This document shows positions 9,184 through 16,341 of a stretch of DNA of 16,341 nucleotides, one piece after another (positions within the stretch are counted from its first letter, which is position 1; the number at the start of each line of letters is the position of its first letter). The position numbers and the translations under genes were made by a program. Source of the stretch: Paraspadella gotoi (Eukaryota > Animalia > Chaetognatha); the NCBI GenBank assembly GCA_051294375.1, contig JBJCIZ010001574.1, positions 1 to 16,341 of the forward strand, given 5' to 3'. Under the pieces are notes generated by a model. The model was not told where the DNA came from and did not search any database. It saw only the letters and a program-made list of their open reading frames with translations.

Positions 9184-9345
9184 CTTTCAAACGAATGGAG
9201 TAAAACTTCACACAGATATGCCACCACTGCCCCCTACCATGTTTCTCTTCTTTCTCTTTACCCTTATCTTACTTTTCAAACGACGGGAGTTAACTTCACA
9301 CAGATTGCACCTGCCCTTACAATGTCTTCCCTTTCTCTTTTACCG
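9184..9345. repeat. ~88-bp tandem duplication (2 copies)
   Basis: ctttcaaacga..ggagt..aacttcacacagat..gcacc.tgccc.tac.atgt...ctttctctttacc occurs twice, at ~9184 and ~9272. Confidence 0.75.
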
Positions 9346-11289
9346 CGTATTTACCTAATCCGCTTTCCTTTTATCTCTCTACTTCCCCGCCATCTTTTCA
9401 CCCCCATACCCCACCCCAATTACCCAACGCTCTCTCCATAGAGACGAGCATCGTTAAAACCATCCACCGTCAATTAGGCAATGAAAAACTTGGGAGAGCG
9501 TTGCCCACCACAAAGGGAAGGGGAATGAGGGAAAAAAAAAAAGCCAAAAAAGCACTTCCTCTTCCCTTTACCTCGCCCTATGGGAACTCGGATTCTCCTC
9601 TGTTCCTTTTTTGTCTCACATTTATTTCTCCCTTTCCTCCTAATTTCCTCATTTTTTTCCTTCCTCATCCCCTTCCAAAAGAGAAAAGAAAAGGAATAGA
9701 GGCGTCCGAGGGCAGTTCTAATAACTTGTCCAAACTCTCCTCGGTTGAACGAATCTGATTTCGGTTCTACGCAAGTTAAACTACGGAGGGAAAAAGGAGG
9801 GTTTGGGGGGGGGGATGAGAGAAAATTAGGAAAAGGCGAATTGCATAGGAAAGAGGAAAGGGAGAACGAGGTTAGCAGCGAGGAACTTAAAAATAAGAGA
9901 CGAATAAAAGAAACCGGAGAAAACAATGAGAAAAATGGAAGAAACATTGAGAAAATAGAAGAAACATTGAAACTTTCCTCCCTTTCTCTCCTCCCCCTCC
10001 GCTCCTCCGTCCTCCCTCTTCCTCCTCTTTCCCGCGCCCCCTCTTCCGGGCGACTTTAGAAACTTTTAAAAACAAAAGGACAAAACAATGGATGTCCGCT
10101 TCGTTTTATAAACTCGATTATTTTCTTGAGACGGTTCATGTGGAAAACTCATAGAATTCCATTAGAGGTTAGGGATGTGGGGGTAAGCTCCCAAGCATTT
10201 ATCCACTTTTTATTATTAAAATTCTTAATTATATTATTTTTGTGCAATGCGAATTTTATAACTGAAACCTATTTTGAACCCAATTAGTCAATTAGTAAGA
10301 ATATTTTTCACATTAGTATAAAAAAAGTATAAAGTATTTAAACCTGTTTTTTAAAATTTTGAATAGTTAAAAAAAAAAACCCTTGTGGGGGGGGGAGTTA
10401 GGGGAACGGATCGGCCGGGAGAGCGTGACCTAAAACCGGGGGTGTCGGAAGAGGGGTGCCAAAAGACAAATGGGGGTTGGAAAAAAAAAGACCAACGATG
10501 TCCTAGGGAGTTGATGTCGCCGGGAAACGAACATCTCAGAAATGTAAGAACACCGAAAATGCGCAGAGCGCGGGACGGGAAGCCGTGGCGCGGCGGCGGC
10601 GAGCGCAGCGGCGGCGGAGGCCGGCGGCCGGCGAAACGAATTGAAGGCGGGTGGACGGGGAGACGGAAGTGGCGATCGCGGTGAAGTGAAGGGGACAGAC
10701 GAGAGGAGAGAGACAGATGACAGAAGCTGGGGACGACGAAGAGTTGAAAAGCAGTAGTGGTTATTAAAGGAGATGGGGCAAATGCAGGCTTCCTATGTTG
10801 GCCGGTGTGGCACTGCAGACAGTACAACACTGTTGGCTGAACATGATGGGTAAATGCATAAATTTACTGTTCAAAAGTAAACATTTAGGATCCAGTTTAA
10901 TCAACCTCGCTAGAGTGCACGGTGCACTGGTCTTAAGGATGGAACCCGCTCTCTCTAGACCTAAAAATATAACTTTTTTGACCGGTCCACCCTGTCCGAT
11001 GCACGGCGCCAGTGTTCCGTAGAGTGGGCAGTTGTGCCGCGAAACCAGCGATTTCGCTAACGTCATCTGGATAGAGATGTCAGATTGCGGCGGTGGGCTA
11101 CGTGCGCGCTCGGCGGCGGCTGAGAACGGCGCCGTTCACGACGCGGGCCGGAAATCTACGAATCCCAGAGAGGATATAAAGCAGCGACGAAAGAGGAAAA
11201 CTAAAAACGAATACGAAGATAAAAAGAGGAAGAGAAAGACGAGGCTTCCCGCATTTTAAAACGCCACCTACCCTTTATCGCATTGGCTC

Positions 11290-11610
11290 TCTAGTCTCCT
11301 TTTTTCTTTTTTTCTTTTTTTTATTTCTCTCCTTCTGCCTCTCCTTTATATCTTTTTTCATCTAGCTTTTTCGTTACTCCTCTCTTTTCACCTTTTTATC
11401 TCTCTCTCTTTTTCACCTTTCTTTTATTTCTCCATCTCTAATCCTTTCCTTTTCTCTTTCATTTCCCATTTTATCCCCATTTTATTTTTACCATTTCATT
11501 TCCCATTTTTATTTACAATTTAATCCCATTTTCCATTCATTTCCTATTTAATTCCATTTAAATTTCCCATTTCAATCCCCCCATTTCAAATCCCCATTTC
11601 ATCCCAAATC
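11290..11610. repeat. Polypyrimidine tract grading into (CCCATTT)n degenerate repeat
   Basis: Direct reading; many cccattt units at 11460-11605. Confidence 0.7.
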
Positions 11611-11847
11611 TCAGACTTAACTTTCCTACTCATCCTTCCATTTCTCTCCATCTTGCTTTTCCCCCTTTTAGAAGGAAAAACAGAATCGTGTCTCTTGTTT
11701 TATTTCGAGTTCTTGGTTTCGCCGAAAATGTATGAAGTCGACAGGAGAGAGAGGGAGAGAGGAGAGAGAGAGAGAAAACGAGGCGCGGGTTTCGCTGAGG
11801 GCCCGGGCCACGCCCCCTTAATCTTCCCTCTACCACGCCCTTTCCCA

Positions 11848-12340
11848 TAGGCGATTGGTGGGTCCGAAGAAAGAGCGGGAGATTAACCTGGACGGTCTCC
11901 CTATACAAGCTGTTACGTAGCGTCCGCGAGAAGGACGAGAGATTTAACCTGGAGGTCTTCTCTATACAAGCTTTCTCTGTGTAATCGAATGGTGGGTCTG
12001 GCGGAGCAAGAGCGGAGTTTAACCTGGAAGGTCACACTATACAAGCTTTTCTCAGTGTAGGCGATTGTGAGTCCGAAGAAGAGCGGTGTGATTAATCTGG
12101 AGGTCTCTCTATACAGCTTTCTCAAGTGTAGGTGATTAGTGGGTCGGAGAGAAGCCGGAGATTTAACCTGGAGGTCTCTCTATACAAGCTTTCTCTTGTA
12201 GGCAATGCGTGGGGTCCGGATAAGGCGGGAGATTAACCTGGGACGTCTCTCTAATTACAAACTTTCTCTGTGTATGCGTTGGATTAGTGGGTCCGGAGAA
12301 GAGCGGGAGTTTAACCTGGAGATCTATACAAGCTTCTGTG
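11848..12340. repeat. ~70-bp tandem array, 7 copies
   Basis: Consensus TAGGCGATTGGTGGGTCCGGAGAAGAGCGGGAGATTAACCTGGAGGTCTCTCTATACAAGCTTTCTCTGTG. The TTAA(C/T)CTGG core and the TACAAGCT-like motif each recur 7 times. Confidence 0.9.
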
Positions 12341-12599
12341 CCCCCGCCCTATTTTCCCCTATTCTTCCTTCCCCCAAATGGAATAAACTCTGCTGCAAAA
12401 CTTGAGAGCGCGAATCTATTTTCGTTCGTTTTTAGCATTTCTTTCTCGCTCAACCTTAACATCGACCTCACCGAAGCGGATTAGTAGTGAAAAAGTTTAT
12501 ATAAACAAATGTTTTATAATATTTGTATAAAATTAGTTGACGTGAGAAGTATTCGGCAACATTTTTTTATTTCCTGATCCACGAAATGAATTTTTAATT

Positions 12600-12657
12600 T
12601 TAAACATTATTAAACCTTTTCGAAACATTATTAACATTATTAAACCTTTTCGAAACA
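12600..12657. repeat. ~31-bp tandem duplication (AACATTATTAAACCTTTTCGAAACAT)
   Basis: Two direct copies read in sequence. Confidence 0.75.
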
Positions 12658-13076
12658 TGACAAGAAAAAAACAACAGCCATTTCTACCTAAGCATCCCCC
12701 CTCCATCCACGAAACAGTTTTTTTTCTTTTCTCAATTCCCAAAACCTTAGAAATTTCCATGACAAAGCCTTCGTTTCGATTAGTGTCCGACAATAAAAAG
12801 CATTTCTCGCCATTTTAAAAACGACTTAACGCAAAAAAGCTTTTAAAAAAATATTCGTCTCCAATAAAAGCGTGGTAAAATACTTATTTTTCGACGGAGC
12901 ATGAATAGATATAACTAATTATTATATACTAGTACATCTTAATTATTCCAAAAGAAGTTCTCGTTACGAGCGAGCCAGTCGTAAAGACAGGCGTTTTTGT
13001 CATTTATCTTCGCAAATTGCAACTGCGACGAAAAAAGGTCAAACGTCTTAGCTATTCGTCAAATCGGTTATTGAGG

Positions 13077-13191
13077 TCAGCTTAATAACTTTTTGGGCCG
13101 ACCGGGGTCGCTGGAAAAAGGAATATGGTGGACTAAGAGGTCTCGGTGGCGGCCATGTGGCAGGAACTCTTGTTTGGTCAGGCTTGTGTAT
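13077..13191 (-). CDS. Second coding exon of an unidentified gene (YTSLTKQEFLPHGRHRDLLVHHIPFSSDPGRPKKLLS); 3' end uncertain
   Basis: Acceptor ttttacattgcAG (13193-13192). Phase-2 join with the exon at 13846-13868 gives an open frame up to a TGA near 13077; the true exon may continue past an indel. Confidence 0.45.
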
Positions 13192-13404
13192 CTGCAATGT
13201 AAAATTATTGCATTGCATTGGGCCACGGTACTTTCTTAAATGTCAAATGGAATCGCTGACGCAATCGCGGTGAGTCACATTTCGAAAAAGAAAATTGTTT
13301 GGCAATCGACGTTGGTCCGTTGGGTTCCGCTCAAAATGGCACCAAAAATGAGGTCGCCATAACTTTGGCAGAATGGCGCCAAGGTCTCAGGTCGCGATAA
13401 GGTT

Positions 13405-13793
13405 TTGGCACTTATTTTTCAAAGCGCCCCATTTCTATTTTTGGCTCTCTTTTCCCAGAGTGCCCCATTTCTGTTATTGCCACTCTTTTTCCAGAACGCC
13501 AGAATTTAAATTTCTTTAATATTTAACCTAAACATATTTACAATTTTATAAACACTAATCCCTAACCTTTATTTAACCCTGGACCCTAAACTATTATCCT
13601 TAATTTATAATTTATAACTCTAAATGCTAATCCCTAACAGAAATCTCTAACCCTAATCAAAAACCAAGTCCCTAACCTTAAACACTAACCTAATATTTTA
13701 ATTTTTAAATATTTTAACATAATTTTTAAATTAAGAAATTTAACTAATTTCGAATTGCAGATAAAATGGTGCATTCTGGGAAAATAAGGCCAA
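13405..13793. mobile_element. MITE-like element with triplicated subterminal repeat and degenerate CCCTAA core (intronic)
   Basis: Left end has three ~35-bp copies of GGC(A/T)CT.TTTTCCCAGAGTGCCCCATTT. Right end AAAATGGTGCATTCTGGGAAAATAAGGCCAA is its inverted copy. The core at 13525-13695 is (CCCTAA)-like with 6-7 bp periodicity. Confidence 0.7.
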
Positions 13794-13845
13794 GTTTTCT
13801 CGGCGTCAAAAATGCAAAAGAAAAAATAAAAAAAAAGTGACTTAC

Positions 13846-13868
13846 ATCTTGTCGTGTATTGTGGCCAT
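13846..13868 (-). CDS. First coding exon of an unidentified gene (MATIHDKI)
   Basis: ATG in good Kozak context (ATCATGG) with upstream in-frame stop (TGA), 23 nt long, followed by consensus donor GTAAGT (13845-13840). Confidence 0.5.
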
Positions 13869-15584
13869 GATGTCAGTCAGTAATAGCTGTTACTCCGAGG
13901 AAAATATTAGAAAAACAACTTTACAAAGCCAATAGTTCTTTAAGAAAAAAGAATTTTCATCTTTTAAAAAAAAACCCCTTCCCAGAACGAAAAAAAACGG
14001 TCCACTCGCGAGCGGAGAAAAAGCCGCTCGGCGAGACAGGAGAGAAAACGCACCGGCTCTTATACGCGCGAGTGATGGAAGCGCTCGCGAGGCTTGCCGT
14101 CTCTTTTTTCGAGACCGACAGTAAAAACAAAAATATGTATGCTCCCGCGCTTAAAAAACCGTAATTAGTGACGGTTAATTATGCGTCGCTCTCTATATTG
14201 CCCCGCTCTTTGGCTAACCGCGCCATCCTACCGCGAACGTCAAGCGTCGAACCCTCATCGCCCCAGAGCCGGCGCTCATAAACATCGTCATCGCCGTGGA
14301 AACGAGAAACGCCGACTCGCGACCGTCGCTCCGAATTCTCGGACGTCCAATGAGAGGCGAAGCGAATTACTTGGAACGCTGTAAGCCCGGACGCAATAGG
14401 ATGGCTTGATGCCGCGTGGCAGGGAATGACGCGCGTCGATTACGGTCGGAACTTGAAGTTGGAGAGAAATATTGATACCTTGTTGGGGTGGGGCTTGATC
14501 GCGGATGGGAGGGGGGAAGGGTTAACAGGAGGTTTCGTAAATGGTTCTCGGTTCAATTAAGTATCATTATTAACGATGGGCGCGTATCGTCGATTCCTAT
14601 TTAAAATAGTAACTGAATTAATTTTTTTTTTTAATTATTTTGTCTGGTTTGAACTTTGAGACAGGCGAACGCAATTTTTTTAAGAAGAAAATTTTATATA
14701 CTCCTAAACCCAATATTATTTATTTTATTTATATTTAGTTTTTTAGTCTCCAAGACCGCAATACTTATTGCTGGTTCAAAGAATCAAAAATGTCGTGAAG
14801 TCAAATCATGCAATCAACCTTGGTAAGGACCAACAAGGCCGGATCTGTGCTTCGAATTTAACTTTCTCTCTTTGTGCCAATTGTAAAGGAGGGGACGGCT
14901 TTTGCCAAAAGAATGCAGAAAGGGAGAACGCGTTTCTATGATAAGATAGTTTTTAGACCCGGGCAAGCGTGATGGATCGTGCAATTCGACATAATTGGCG
15001 CTCTTCGGTAAATGTTGACCGGTAAAAGTTAGAATTCAATCAATAATGTTAAAGTGTCTTTTTATTACATCGACTGCCGGGCGAACTTCAAGAATTCGAT
15101 AATCAGTTCTCCCCACTAAAAAAAAAAAATAATCGGATTAAATAGTCTTTGCGAAACCATTAGAAAGCCCGTCGATCCATCCGAAAATAAGGAGAAAAAA
15201 AATAAGCATAAAACTAAGAAAACGAAGAGGGCGCTGCGACATAGACATCGGGTTTATCGACTTTTGACGCGAGAGGGAAAAACAATCGATATAGAACTTT
15301 CTTTTCTTTCTCCTCTCTCTCTCTCTGGTGTCTCCCGTCTCCTCTCTGTTCTTTGTGGCTGTCCCTCTCTCATCGCTGTCTCTTTGTGCACAACTATCTT
15401 TTAAGGCGCGTCGCATCGCATTAGTTAAAGCGGTTTACGAATTTTTTTAAGGTACGGACAGTGAACTTTCCTGTCACCAACTGGTACCGCTCAACAAGAC
15501 TAAGCTTTACATCAACTATTTAATCATTCGTTTAGTTTATAAATAGTTTGGAAAGAATTTTATCTGAAAAAACCGCTAAGGCTT

Positions 15585-15618
<34 letters not shown>

Positions 15619-15747
15619 TAGTAGAGAGAGAGAGAGAGGAGGAGAGAGAAGGACAGAGGCGCAATGTCCGTATTAGGTCGGGTACAGCTCCTGTATATTA
15701 TTAAGCGATTAGATCGCAACTTGATAAACAAACAGCAACAAGAGAGA

Positions 15748-15784
<37 letters not shown>

Positions 15785-15810
15785 AAAGAGAAAAGAGAGA
15801 GAGAGAGAAG
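15585..15810. repeat. Two (AG)n microsatellites (15585-15650, 15741-15810)
   Basis: Direct reading. Confidence 0.8.
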
Positions 15811-16341
15811 GGCGTTATCTATCCAGGCCGCTATCCTCCGTCTCGCCCCCCTTGCGAGCGCCGGCGGAGCTCAAAAAGTAAACCATGAACGCGATCTTCA
15901 TCGATCTTGTTTAAAATGACATTACATGTGTTAAAAAGTCGAGTGCTGGAGGAAGGGGGCACGGCGGGGGACGGTCGGGGGACGGGCGGGGGGGGGGGGA
16001 GTTGGAGAAGTGAAAAGAGAAAGAACGAGGAAAGAAGAAAAAATCAAGATGGGTTCATCCAATTTGTTGCGCAACCGCAAGTGACTTTATTTTTTCACAA
16101 TTGAATTTATCGTGACGGGACTCGACTATACGACTACAATGTCTCGACGCCTTTATATTGCTCGTGCATTATGCACGACACTGCATCGGAATGCCGGTCT
16201 TTTAATTCTTTATAGTGTTTAAAGGATTTCCTAAAGGAGGCGGCGCTAGAGTCTGAGTGCCATTAGATTTGATGTTTCTCTCAAAAAATAACGGTCAAAG
16301 GAAAGTTTTACAAATAAATTCTCTCGTTTTCTTCTCTTGCG

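Noticed and set aside
11055-11080. ERM-family 'FYPEDVSE' motif
   Set aside because: Short match (YPDDVSE); flanking residues do not fit ERM FERM sequence.
11848-12340. CRISPR array
   Set aside because: The whole ~70-bp unit is repeated, with no unique spacers. No cas genes, and the context is eukaryotic.
13255-13290. ATF/CRE-like TGACGCAA and AP-1 TGAGTCA enhancer
   Set aside because: Short motifs expected by chance in 16 kb, with no supporting evidence.
13525-13695. True telomere / chromosome end
   Set aside because: Highly degenerate, internal, and enclosed by inverted repeats.
13846-13868. Lactate dehydrogenase N-terminus (MAT.KDK-like)
   Set aside because: The next exon lacks the KITVVGVG Rossmann motif.
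13989-14035. Rho-independent terminator
   Set aside because: Eukaryotic intron-containing DNA, and the T-run is separated from the stem.

Overview
AT-rich, intron-containing animal (probably invertebrate) genomic DNA. It is not prokaryotic, and most entries in the supplied ORF track are artefacts of low-complexity sequence. Hand translation recovers a minus-strand run of GT-AG exons (about 4199-6331) encoding the FERM F2/F3 lobes of a PTPN14/PTPN21 (Pez)-type tyrosine phosphatase. It also recovers plus-strand exons (about 3030-4026) resembling the region just before and at the start of the GAP domain of an ARHGAP18/28/40 (Conundrum)-type RhoGAP. These two incomplete genes meet tail-to-tail only about 170 bp apart. 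A further unidentified spliced gene starts on the minus strand at 13868. The exons carry many single-base indels, which suggests an error-rich long-read sequence or pseudogenised copies. Non-coding DNA is crowded with non-autonomous elements: three copies of a Helentron/HINE-like 3' end, a 620-bp fold-back element, a TIR-bounded 23-bp minisatellite, two CCCTAA-core MITE-like elements, a 7 x ~70-bp tandem array and many AG microsatellites. All protein assignments come from recalled family motifs, not from database searches.
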